This document shows positions 42,004 to 50,435 of a DNA stretch of 64,000 bases, in pieces. The stretch's first letter is position 1. Each line of letters opens with the position of its first letter. The translations under genes were made by a program, and so were the position numbers. Below the pieces are notes generated by a model. That model was not told where the DNA came from. It made no database searches and saw only the letters and a program-made list of their open reading frames with translations. This DNA is from a virus: IMG/VR virus record IMGVR_UViG_3300010158_000045, positions 1 to 64,000 of that record. One strand, written 5' to 3'.

Positions 42004-42407
42004 CTGTTATTTTGACTAGCTAGCTCTTTTTCTCGCTCATTCATGGCCTTAATTAAACCAAATTTTCTAATGTCGTCCGAAAACAACATTAGTTCAAAAC
42101 CCTTGCGCTCTGAGAAAACAGTAATTGACATTGGTGTAAGATAATAAGGGCAATCAACGTATCTTTCCAAAAAAATAATTGTTTGGGGACTGAGTTCGAT
42201 TGGTTCTGTAAACGGAATTTCGTGCTCTTTCAATTCCAATTCTTTTACCAAAAATTCATAACCTTCGTCGGTTAATCTAAATGCATTCTCTTTGCCTACT
42301 CGATTGCTTTGCCACCATTTACGACCAAATAGTGTTACATTGGCATCGTCTGTACTTTTGCCCCATTGCTCCAAAAAAATCTTAGTAAGTGTATTTCGGT
42401 TGATCAT
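42000..42407 (-). CDS. Hypothetical protein
   Basis: 135-aa ORF; RLTDEG wing-like motif. Confidence 0.7.
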   Translation of the reverse strand: MINRNTLTKIFLEQWGKSTDDANVTLFGRKWWQSNRVGKENAFRLTDEGYEFLVKELELKEHEIPFTEPIELSPQTIIFLERYVDCPYYLTPMSITVFSERKGFELMLFSDDIRKFGLIKAMNEREKELASQNNS

Positions 42408-42688
42408 TTTACTACTGTGCCAGTAGTTAGCATAACTACCTGAAAATCCTCACATCCAAAAGTTAAATTTAATTTTTTAGCAAGATTTTTAGCGTGTCCA
42501 GGATTACTAAAAGACACTTTTTTATACTTAGGACCGGGATAGTTGACTAAGCTGTTAAAACTTTTTAAATTAAAAGGCTCGTTTTTGTAGAACACGGCCC
42601 ATATGGCTTCAGCTTCTAAAATCTGTTCAGATTTATAAGTTTTTTTATTAGTATGTTCTAATAAAACTTTTGGCTTAGGTCTTGACAT
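42404..42688 (-). CDS. Hypothetical basic protein
   Basis: 94-aa ORF preceded by ATAAATA (42716-42722) and an AGGA RBS. Confidence 0.75.
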   Translation of the reverse strand: MSRPKPKVLLEHTNKKTYKSEQILEAEAIWAVFYKNEPFNLKSFNSLVNYPGPKYKKVSFSNPGHAKNLAKKLNLTFGCEDFQVVMLTTGTVVK

Positions 42689-42726
42689 AATATGCGTCCT
42701 GGTAATATACGCATATATTTATCTCT

Positions 42727-42975
42727 TTATCCGGGTGGTCCGAAGCCACCGCCATCAAGTTGTACGGTAACAACTTCTGGATTTACACTAGCTTTTAAAG
42801 CATTATACATACTTTCGTAATCTTGATTCATTTTAATTAACATTTCGCTAAGTGCTAAATTCAACAAACGAGCTTGTTGAATAGTTATCCTAACTTCTTT
42901 GCTTTGACTTATTTCAGCGGCTTTTATTAACTGAATTAATTGAGTAATAGGCGTTGTATTAATTTGATTTTGCAT
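42727..42975 (-). CDS. Hypothetical protein
   Basis: 82-aa ORF overlapping the upstream gene. Confidence 0.65.
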   Translation of the reverse strand: MQNQINTTPITQLIQLIKAAEISQSKEVRITIQQARLLNLALSEMLIKMNQDYESMYNALKASVNPEVVTVQLDGGGFGPPG

Positions 42976-43438
42976 TTGCCAACACCGTTTTCATTTCTAG
43001 CTTATCCATAAAAGGACCCTGGTATGGGTAACGTTCTATAGTAATTGCTTTAGGACAGAAACTCTTAACCCAGCCTTTGTTGAATTTAATAATGTAATAG
43101 CCGGCGCAGTATAGACTTTTACTCTGTGCGCTTTTAGTAAACAACGGCAATTTACGTCTAACATCGTACATGCTGTTATACGGAGCACACATGGTTGGAA
43201 AACCGTGACATTCATGTATCTCTGGTTGTGTAACTTTTACTTTAACGCTATTTAAAAAGAAATCTTCTCCAAATTGTTTGGTTAGGTCTTGTTTCTTATT
43301 AAACATAACTTCACCGTTAGTACTTGATAGTACAAACTTGTTGTTTTCTTTTTTGTGTAGTGTTGCAATCTTAGTTCCGTCTTGTTCAACAATCCAGAAT
43401 TTGCCATCTACAATTGGCTTTGCGTGTATGTCTGTCAT
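42959..43438 (-). CDS. Hypothetical protein
   Basis: 159-aa ORF starting 2 nt after the BI-1 stop codon. Confidence 0.7.
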   Translation of the reverse strand: MTDIHAKPIVDGKFWIVEQDGTKIATLHKKENNKFVLSSTNGEVMFNKKQDLTKQFGEDFFLNSVKVKVTQPEIHECHGFPTMCAPYNSMYDVRRKLPLFTKSAQSKSLYCAGYYIIKFNKGWVKSFCPKAITIERYPYQGPFMDKLEMKTVLANAKSN

Positions 43439-43440
43439 AA

Positions 43441-44136
43441 TTATTTCCTATCTCCAAACAGTTGTAACAAGTTGATAAACAAATTAATAAAGTCCATATA
43501 CAGAGTTAATGCACCGGTAACTTCTGCGGCAGGTGATGTGTCTACACTTAGTTCTTCACGTATCTTTTGTGTATCGTAAGCGGTTAGCCCCAAAAAGATA
43601 ATAATAGCTAATGCTGAAATGACAGTTTGCATTACAGTCGATCCAATAAAGATATTGACAATACTGGCAATTACAATAGCAACCAATCCAACAAACATAA
43701 ATTTGCCAAGGCTATCTAAACTACGTCTAGTAAAATATCCATAACCACTCATGACACCAAACAAAATGGCCGCACCCATAAACGCACTTACAATTGATCC
43801 CATAGTAAATATGGCAAAGATTGTGGCAAAACTCAAACCCATAAGTGCCGCAAATCCATGCAAACATAGTTGAGCAACTTCTTTGCTAGGATTATTACCT
43901 AACACCATAGCAACACCAAAGATTGCAACAAGCGGAGCAAAGATTACAATCCACTTTAATACACCTGTAAAAAAGAATTGTAGTAATTCTGGGCTAGTGC
44001 CAACAAAATAACTAACAATCATAGATACAACAACTGCTAGGCTCATGTGTCCATAAACACGCCCCATTGCACTATTAATTTCTTCTGCTGATCGGTAATT
44101 TAAAATACCGTTATTTGTATAATTTGCACCAAACAT
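43441..44136 (-). CDS. Bax inhibitor-1/YccA family membrane protein
   Basis: About seven hydrophobic segments; AYDTQKI and ALTLYMDFINLF motifs. Start moved to ATG 44136, which follows AAGGAG. Confidence 0.92.
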   Translation of the reverse strand: MFGANYTNNGILNYRSAEEINSAMGRVYGHMSLAVVVSMIVSYFVGTSPELLQFFFTGVLKWIVIFAPLVAIFGVAMVLGNNPSKEVAQLCLHGFAALMGLSFATIFAIFTMGSIVSAFMGAAILFGVMSGYGYFTRRSLDSLGKFMFVGLVAIVIASIVNIFIGSTVMQTVISALAIIIFLGLTAYDTQKIREELSVDTSPAAEVTGALTLYMDFINLFINLLQLFGDRK

Positions 44137-44137
44137 T

Positions 44138-45124
44138 TTAGTTCTCCTTGTACTTGGCTTGGAACGGTTCAGCATACGTTTGTATGTTGTCTGCAATTTT
44201 CTTCATGTCCCATGCATTGCAGAATTTAAGCATACGAATACCTACTTGGCTAACATCTTTAGGTACTGCGTTAACTTTAATGGTTTCTTTAATCTCTTCT
44301 TTAATATCATCAGGCTGTGCTGTTAAATCACACAACTGTACATTGCGCTGATAGTCTTCTAAGACACGGTGCTCTTCGCCATTGTGGTCAACCCATCTCT
44401 GTAACATGAGATTGTTCCACGCATATCCGCGGCTTTTACGATCTTCGAACGCTTCAGTAAGACCAACTTTGTTTTTAGAACCTTTAGTACGCACACCTGG
44501 ATATGCCGAGAAGACATTATCACTGGTATCACCACGCATACATTTCTCAAACAGCATCCATTCTGGGTCTTGTGCTGGCTTTGGCTCGCCTGTTTTTTTG
44601 TCTTTAACGGGCTTACCTTTTGCATCAAAGATTCCTTTATGTGTAATATGTAAATCACCTACACCGTTATATTGACTAACTGTGGGGCTTACAAGTTGTG
44701 CAAAATCTCCATCTGTCGAGATAATAACGTGTTTAGAATCTGGATGTGCTTGGATCCAGCCGGCAATTAAATCATCAGCTTCTAGATTAGGGTGTTGCAT
44801 TACAGTGGCATTAGTTTTTTCTGTAACGAATTTTTTAAATTCGTCAAAGGCTTCCCAGAACAACTTGTCTTCTTCTTGTTCTTTTACAGTCATTGCCGCA
44901 CGAGTTTCCTGTCTGTTAGCTTTATAAGGTTTATAATAGTCCTTACGCCAGCTTCGACCTTCGAGACAGAACACCACATGACTACCGCCAAAATCTTGCC
45001 ATGCTTTCTTGATACTGTTAAGGGTGATATGAAATGCCATGCCAAGTTTAATATCGGCACTGCCTTGAACTACATGCCTTGCACGGAAAAAAGTGTTAGC
45101 AGTATCAACTATAATATGTGTCAT
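44138..45124 (-). CDS. rnh: T4 RNase H-like 5'-3' exonuclease/flap nuclease
   Basis: IIVDTAN, SWRK...YKANR, EADDLI, IISTDGDF.QL and GDTSDNV motifs. Confidence 0.9.
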   Translation of the reverse strand: MTHIIVDTANTFFRARHVVQGSADIKLGMAFHITLNSIKKAWQDFGGSHVVFCLEGRSWRKDYYKPYKANRQETRAAMTVKEQEEDKLFWEAFDEFKKFVTEKTNATVMQHPNLEADDLIAGWIQAHPDSKHVIISTDGDFAQLVSPTVSQYNGVGDLHITHKGIFDAKGKPVKDKKTGEPKPAQDPEWMLFEKCMRGDTSDNVFSAYPGVRTKGSKNKVGLTEAFEDRKSRGYAWNNLMLQRWVDHNGEEHRVLEDYQRNVQLCDLTAQPDDIKEEIKETIKVNAVPKDVSQVGIRMLKFCNAWDMKKIADNIQTYAEPFQAKYKEN

Positions 45125-45555
45125 TTAACTTCGGCTTTGCCGTTACCTAATTTACTTACATTAATAAAACCAGCACTTGTCCTTGCTGGGTCTTGTCCTG
45201 CCTCGGCTAACATATTTGATGCTAAATCTCTGAACCAGCGATCTACAATCTCTTCGTCAGGGTCACCATCAAATCCATAACCAGCTTGTTTCAATTGTAC
45301 TATAAAAAGCTCGTTCCAGTCAAGCTCAAAAAATCCATTACGCACATTATCTTTGTTAACGTGTGTATCCAAAACTGCTACAAACGGTTCTCCTCGAGCA
45401 GTAGCTCGATCTTTTGGATCCATTTTGGCCTGCTCTTCTGCCTGTTGAGCTAGTACAGTTTCGGCAACTGCCTTATCTCTAACTATTTGAAGAGCATCTT
45501 TTTCGGCTTGCAGTTTGTCAATGCCAAGCCATTTTTTAAATAAATTTTTAATCAT
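45121..45555 (-). CDS. Hypothetical protein
   Basis: ORF coupled to rnh; ATG 45555 is the most likely start. Confidence 0.7.
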   Translation of the reverse strand: MIKNLFKKWLGIDKLQAEKDALQIVRDKAVAETVLAQQAEEQAKMDPKDRATARGEPFVAVLDTHVNKDNVRNGFFELDWNELFIVQLKQAGYGFDGDPDEEIVDRWFRDLASNMLAEAGQDPARTSAGFINVSKLGNGKAEVK

Positions 45556-45691
45556 CTTTCTTTCCTGTACAATCACACTCTCTGCCTTGTCTGCAATTAC
45601 CAGTACAAGCCGAATTATTGTCAGGAGTCATAATCATTATAACTCCTACTAATACTGCTACCATAAGTAATGCTATTAACATGGTTAACAT
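45548..45691 (-). CDS. Small membrane-anchored Cys-rich protein, 47 aa (not in the ORF track)
   Basis: Translated by hand: MLTMLIALLMVAVLVGVIMIMTPDNNSACTGNCRQGRECDCTGKKDD*. Starts on the base after the queE stop. Confidence 0.7.
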   Translation of the reverse strand: MLTMLIALLMVAVLVGVIMIMTPDNNSACTGNCRQGRECDCTGKKDD

Positions 45692-46543
45692 TTAGGTACC
45701 CCATTCGTTTTTAAAGAGTGGCACTTGTAAACGATCGCTATAACGCCAACCACGTTTCATGGCCGCCAATGCTACATTCTTAGCGTTCAATGTATAAACG
45801 CTTTCAACACCGCCAACTGGCATCAAATATACATGGCCTTTAAATCCTGCAGAACGAAATGCGCCTACTGCACATTCTGCATCTGCAATATCTTGTTCTG
45901 TTGCTACAACAAATTTAAGATATGCGGTTCCTACTTCTTCATACTCACAAACAATTTCAGGACAAATAGCTTCTTCCCACTTTTCGCCGCTTGCTGGAAG
46001 TTTAGCACTTACGCTAAATGTAATCTCACGTTTATGTCTTGGAAGACCGTTCCATACGCTTAGATAATGCTTAAATTCTTGTGTAAGTTTTTGAGTGCCA
46101 TTTGTTTCAAATGTAATTTCTTTTAAGCCTTTCATCTTAGGGTTGTCTAACAAATCTGGATAGGCACGTTGCCAACCAAGCAACGGTTCACCACCTGTGA
46201 TGACAAGATGTTCATCTACCCATGTGCCATGGGGAATAATTTCACAAATACGATCTGCAATAGCGTCTGTAGTTAGCATTGGACTTAGATCTTTAAAACG
46301 TGGATCCCAACTAGCATAGCTATCGCACCCTGTGCTTACTAATGGCAAATCTTCATATTTGTTAAACATATGAACAACTTCGGCAATATCTTCTGCTTCC
46401 GTGCTTAGTTCACCACGAGGCATACCAAATCCTGCACATTTAAAGTTACAACCAAATGTACGTAAGAAAACAGACGGTACACCCATGTAACGTCCTTCAC
46501 CTTGTATACTATAGAATAATTCTGCTATCTTAATCTTACTCAT
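45692..46543 (-). CDS. queE: 7-carboxy-7-deazaguanine synthase (radical SAM)
   Basis: ELFYSIQGEG..G.PSVFLR..GCN, CDS, LVITGGEPLL, FETNGT, S.KL, LKFVV, LMP, R.S.RLQ. Confidence 0.92.
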   Translation of the reverse strand: MSKIKIAELFYSIQGEGRYMGVPSVFLRTFGCNFKCAGFGMPRGELSTEAEDIAEVVHMFNKYEDLPLVSTGCDSYASWDPRFKDLSPMLTTDAIADRICEIIPHGTWVDEHLVITGGEPLLGWQRAYPDLLDNPKMKGLKEITFETNGTQKLTQEFKHYLSVWNGLPRHKREITFSVSAKLPASGEKWEEAICPEIVCEYEEVGTAYLKFVVATEQDIADAECAVGAFRSAGFKGHVYLMPVGGVESVYTLNAKNVALAAMKRGWRYSDRLQVPLFKNEWGT

Positions 46544-46766
46544 TATCATCTCTTTCTAAAAACTGTGATACTTGATGCTCTGCGTCTTGAATACTTTCAG
46601 CCCAAACTGTAAATGTAGCAATGCCTTTACTAGCACTAATATCAAACGGAACAGTACCTTGAGGCAACCAGTTATCACCTACTTCACGTTTAATCTCAAA
46701 CTTATTTAGGTCTGTAGTTTTCATACGATAAATTAATTCGTCAGTTAGTTGTTTTGCTGTTTCCAT
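46536..46766 (-). CDS. Hypothetical protein
   Basis: 76-aa ORF overlapping both neighbours. Confidence 0.6.
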   Translation of the reverse strand: METAKQLTDELIYRMKTTDLNKFEIKREVGDNWLPQGTVPFDISASKGIATFTVWAESIQDAEHQVSQFLERDDNE

Positions 46767-47097
46767 TTTCTTCCCTAAATTTATCCGAATCTTCTACAGC
46801 ATTCAATAACACGTGGGCATAGTTGAAAGCCTGTTGGCGTGTTAAATGAACAGTGGATTCTGTGTCAACATATCCTTTGGTAATTAAGGTCCAAATATGA
46901 TACCATCGTGTTTTACTCCACCAGTTTGTTTTGCCTGTAGTATAGACTGTTACAACAACATCGCTCGCATCTGTTTCAACCCACACATTATGATTGTGAT
47001 CTTCATCTCCACAATTACAGGCAATTCGATAAACTCGACTATCGCCCCAGTCGTTTGTTTTCATAATGCCTTCGGCAGGTATTTGTATTACTCTCAT
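46741..47097 (-). CDS. Hypothetical protein (CxC..H.H possible metal site)
   Basis: 118-aa ORF coupled to the folE stop; contains CNCGDEDHNH. Confidence 0.65.
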   Translation of the reverse strand: MRVIQIPAEGIMKTNDWGDSRVYRIACNCGDEDHNHNVWVETDASDVVVTVYTTGKTNWWSKTRWYHIWTLITKGYVDTESTVHLTRQQAFNYAHVLLNAVEDSDKFREENGNSKTTN

Positions 47098-47858
47098 TTT
47101 GAAGCATACTCCTGTTGCATTTTAATGTTGTCAAAGAATTCTTTCTTTGTGCCATGATCGTCTTTGAACGCACCTTTAAGTACAGTAGTCTGCGTTAAAC
47201 TACTCTTGGCCATAATGCCACGATTCTCACAACATCCATGTACTGCTTGTACATACACACCTAAGTCTCTTGCACCTGTTGCTTTTTGGATTTCGCGGGC
47301 AATGTCGTTACACAATTCTTCTTGTAGTGTTCCTCTGCGAGCACACCACTGGGCAATACGTGTATACTTAGATAAGCCAATAAGTTTTTCAGCCGCAATA
47401 ATACCAATGTAAGCAACACCAACAACGGGCTGATGATGATGACTGCACATAGAACGAAGCTCACTACGTACAACCAACATGCCTTCATAACGGTCTGCTG
47501 AATCGTTTGGAAACGCTGTTGCGTCTGGTGCTGGATCATATCTACCTTCCATGATTTCATTAAAGTACATTTTAGCAAGACGCTTTGCAGTGCCCTTACT
47601 ATTAGGATCATTTTCTCTGTCAATAAGCAATGCATCTAAAACTTTTTCAAATGCTTCTGTAGCTTCTTTGATTAAAATGTCCTTGGCACCTTCATGCAAG
47701 TATTCGCTAATATTGTCGCCTGCCCAGAATCTTTTGCCATCACGTTTCATTTTAAAACGGATGTTATCTCCTAAGTATGCTTCTTTATAGTTTTTGTCGT
47801 CATCGCCTTGTTGTTCAGCGCCTGCAAGAATGTTGTTGTGTGTTTGGGATTCAGTCAT
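47094..47858 (-). CDS. folE: GTP cyclohydrolase I
   Basis: T..R.AKMY, SMCSHH, IGLSK..R, LQEE, HGC...RG Zn/active-site motifs. Confidence 0.96.
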   Translation of the reverse strand: MTESQTHNNILAGAEQQGDDDKNYKEAYLGDNIRFKMKRDGKRFWAGDNISEYLHEGAKDILIKEATEAFEKVLDALLIDRENDPNSKGTAKRLAKMYFNEIMEGRYDPAPDATAFPNDSADRYEGMLVVRSELRSMCSHHHQPVVGVAYIGIIAAEKLIGLSKYTRIAQWCARRGTLQEELCNDIAREIQKATGARDLGVYVQAVHGCCENRGIMAKSSLTQTTVLKGAFKDDHGTKKEFFDNIKMQQEYASK

Positions 47859-47876
47859 TATTACTCCTATGTTTGT

Positions 47877-47905
47877 ATTATATAGGTTTATTTAGGTTTT
47901 TGCAA
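47877..47905 (-). promoter_or_regulatory. Sigma70-type promoter for folE-queE, with TAAATA inside the spacer
   Basis: TTGCAA, 17 nt, TATAAT; AGGAG RBS downstream. Confidence 0.7.
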
Positions 47906-47917
47906 GATATTTTATAC

Positions 47918-48130
47918 TCAAAGTTTGTCGCTTAACAAAATTTTGCATAATTGATAATCTTTTTTTGATTTAAAACGGAATAGCATACAATCATCATAGG
48001 GATGACTGGTAAAACGATCACCAGGTAATCCAAATATTTCCACGACATCCGCACACACTTCATTCCACCAATACTTGTCTTGGTTTGCCCAGTTTAATCT
48101 AATTTCGTAAACTGAATCAACTGTTTCCAC
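47918..48130 (-). CDS. Hypothetical protein
   Basis: 70-aa ORF with GTG start, in the operon. Confidence 0.6.
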   Translation of the reverse strand: METVDSVYEIRLNWANQDKYWWNEVCADVVEIFGLPGDRFTSHPYDDCMLFRFKSKKDYQLCKILLSDKL

Positions 48131-48284
48131 GTTGTTCGGCTTCTTTAAGTTGATCTTCTAAATATTCTAAATATTGACCTAATATTCCGGCTTGTTTAGG
48201 ATTTCCATCGGCATTTAATCTAGCTATATCTTGATTAGCTTGATCAATTTTATCTTTGAGTTCTGGTACAGTTAGGTCTCTCAT
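48117..48284 (-). CDS. Small helical protein, 55 aa (not in the ORF track)
   Basis: Translated by hand: MRDLTVPELKDKIDQANQDIARLNADGNPKQAGILGQYLEYLEDQLKEAEQRGNS*. ATGA-coupled to the upstream gene. Confidence 0.7.
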   Translation of the reverse strand: MRDLTVPELKDKIDQANQDIARLNADGNPKQAGILGQYLEYLEDQLKEAEQRGNS

Positions 48285-48484
48285 TTACCAGTTCCAAATT
48301 TGATTAAAGAACCGCTGAACAATATATTAAATGCCGCCCACGTTTCCCAAGTTAATGATATTTTCAGTGCTGGAAATAAAGTATTCAAAGCCCAAATTCC
48401 CAAAATAGGACCAAGTGCAATAGCAATTACAATAAATGCTATTCCGAAACTAAGTTTAAGTAAACTTCCTGTTAATGTACTCAT
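48281..48484 (-). CDS. Small membrane protein
   Basis: Two hydrophobic segments; ATG 48484 overlaps the PRTase stop (ATGA). Confidence 0.65.
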   Translation of the reverse strand: MSTLTGSLLKLSFGIAFIVIAIALGPILGIWALNTLFPALKISLTWETWAAFNILFSGSLIKFGTGK

Positions 48485-48969
48485 AGCCAAAATTCCTCCC
48501 AAGGATAAACTAGCCAACAATCTTCTTCTGCCTTGTTGACTTCCCATACAGAGTAATCAACAATTTCTTTACTAGCTAGATTATTAGTTAGCGTAGCAAA
48601 ACGAACGGTGTTATGAAATGTAGTATCCCAGCGAATTGCACTGGGCAATGCACTTGACTGCCAATCTTTTTTAATCCAAGCAATAGTAGTGCCTTGATCG
48701 TTAATATCGTCTACTACCAGTATGTTTTTTCCGTCGTATGCATCTTCGGCCATGCCGCAATTACTAACGGTAGATCCACCATCACGTAAACTAATATCTA
48801 CAGTTTGCATTGGTACTTGCATGTAGTGACTTAGCATGGTTGCAGGAATAAGACCTCCACGCCCGATGCCTACAATATAGTCAGGACGCCAATTGCTAGA
48901 ACTAATTTGCCTAGCAATATCCAAACAAGCACCTTCTACTTGAGACCAAGTATAATAGATCTTTTTCAT
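48481..48969 (-). CDS. Purine phosphoribosyltransferase (Gpt/XGPRT-like)
   Basis: IVGIGRGGLIPA, PRPP loop ILVVDDINDQGTT, C-terminal WLVYPWE. Confidence 0.9.
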   Translation of the reverse strand: MKKIYYTWSQVEGACLDIARQISSSNWRPDYIVGIGRGGLIPATMLSHYMQVPMQTVDISLRDGGSTVSNCGMAEDAYDGKNILVVDDINDQGTTIAWIKKDWQSSALPSAIRWDTTFHNTVRFATLTNNLASKEIVDYSVWEVNKAEEDCWLVYPWEEFWL

Positions 48970-49196
48970 GCTGTTAATGCAGATGCCAATGTTGCCATTT
49001 CTTCTTTAGTCATGAAAAAATTGTATACAGCACTATCAGTAACTTCGCCATCTTTTATTGATTGTTGTTCTAAATCAACACTAAACAACCCTTTTGGTCT
49101 AAGTACTTCGTGCTTTTTTAATACAAGGCGAAAACCCTCGTGATCTTTAATAACTGTTTCAGTATAGGTATCTCTAATTGACTCATGCAACATCAT
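48966..49196 (-). CDS. Hypothetical protein
   Basis: ORF with GGAG RBS before ATG 49196/49193. Confidence 0.6.
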   Translation of the reverse strand: MMLHESIRDTYTETVIKDHEGFRLVLKKHEVLRPKGLFSVDLEQQSIKDGEVTDSAVYNFFMTKEEMATLASALTA

Positions 49197-49584
49197 CTTC
49201 TCCTTTAATTGCTTCAAATGTTCTATATTTGCCCAAAGCCTGAATGTATTCGTCATACAACTTCTTTAGCTTTGGATGCTTCTTTTCAAGTTTAACATCT
49301 CTTTCAGGAATTTGCAAGACCTTTTCGATTGTGTTTAACCGTTCTTCTAAATCGCGCCCGTTGATAACCATGTTACCTTTGACTTCTATTGTAGGAGGAT
49401 TGGTTTGATTAATTTTCAGTGCTTCGTTTGGAACTGCTGTAGCGCCGGTAGTCCATATTGCATTGGTACTAGTACCGGCACCCGATATTAGATACTGTCC
49501 AGAAGTTCCAGTTGTGGTTGTAGGAATGGAAACATACCCTGGTGCCGAAGTTCCGTTAGATTGTGTTGTTATGAAGGCCGGCAT
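49183..49584 (-). CDS. Hypothetical protein with Thr/Gly-rich N-terminus
   Basis: 133 aa; C-terminal EKKHPKLKKLYDEY. Confidence 0.65.
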   Translation of the reverse strand: MPAFITTQSNGTSAPGYVSIPTTTTGTSGQYLISGAGTSTNAIWTTGATAVPNEALKINQTNPPTIEVKGNMVINGRDLEERLNTIEKVLQIPERDVKLEKKHPKLKKLYDEYIQALGKYRTFEAIKGEDDVA

Positions 49585-50053
49585 GCTTTCTATCGCTTAA
49601 ATATTTTTCAAAGTGAATCCATTTATCTTTAACAATAAATCCCCACTCGCGTTGACGTTTACCAACAAAGAACAATGTCCAAGGAGTTACACCTTCTTTA
49701 AGTTCAATGCGATGGAACGTATGTGTATTTCCAAAACGGAAACTACCTGGGCCACGCCAGATTCTTACTTCGCAATTCTTTGTACCATCTGGATTAAATT
49801 GTGCGATCCATTCATAGTAACCACCTGCAAGGATAATAGTAAAATAGTTCCAAGGATGATCATGCACATCATCTGGATCTGACTTTAAGAATTTATGTAA
49901 AAATACGTTGTATGGAAATGTCACACGTTCTTTGAACAGAACATAGTAACGCTCTAAGTATGGTTCGTTTTCTGTACGATCCATAATAATACGTTTGCGG
50001 TCATGGCGCTCAAGCCAATTAAGGACGTGGTCTTTGATCTTCTGGAGTATCAT
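49556..50053 (-). CDS. Cupin-fold metalloprotein
   Basis: LHKF..SD....HDHPW.Y...IL.GGY.E and FHRI, WTLF motifs. Confidence 0.7.
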   Translation of the reverse strand: MILQKIKDHVLNWLERHDRKRIIMDRTENEPYLERYYVLFKERVTFPYNVFLHKFLKSDPDDVHDHPWNYFTIILAGGYYEWIAQFNPDGTKNCEVRIWRGPGSFRFGNTHTFHRIELKEGVTPWTLFFVGKRQREWGFIVKDKWIHFEKYLSDRKHAGLHNNTI

Positions 50054-50435
50054 AGTGGTCTTTCACTAATTTGTAAGTTGTTTTAAATTTTTCGTATGCT
50101 ATTTTTAAGCCAGGATATTCTTCGCACATTTTTTCAATTCTGGAAAACTCCGGAAAACAATTAACCCATTCTTCTGGCAAATTAATTCTAAAATTAGATG
50201 TATCAATACTAATGCCGCCAATACCAGTAGACAATGTACTAATTTGCGTAGTAGTCAATGTTGGAATAGTATAACTAGTACCAGAGACATAGCAGTGATT
50301 ATTCAAAGTGATGGTATCACAGGAACTAAAACTATACCCTGGAGAGGTAATTGTTATGGTATCACTACCATGACAACTACTAGCATAATCAGTTGAGCTG
50401 GGCCAACAGGTTGTTTGCGGAGAAGAAGTTGTCAT
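50019..50435 (-). CDS. Hypothetical protein with Thr/Ser-rich N-terminus
   Basis: C-terminal EEYPGLKIAYEKF resembles that of 49183..49584. Start uncertain. Confidence 0.6.
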   Translation of the reverse strand: MTTSSPQTTCWPSSTDYASSCHGSDTITITSPGYSFSSCDTITLNNHCYVSGTSYTIPTLTTTQISTLSTGIGGISIDTSNFRINLPEEWVNCFPEFSRIEKMCEEYPGLKIAYEKFKTTYKLVKDHYDTPEDQRPRP

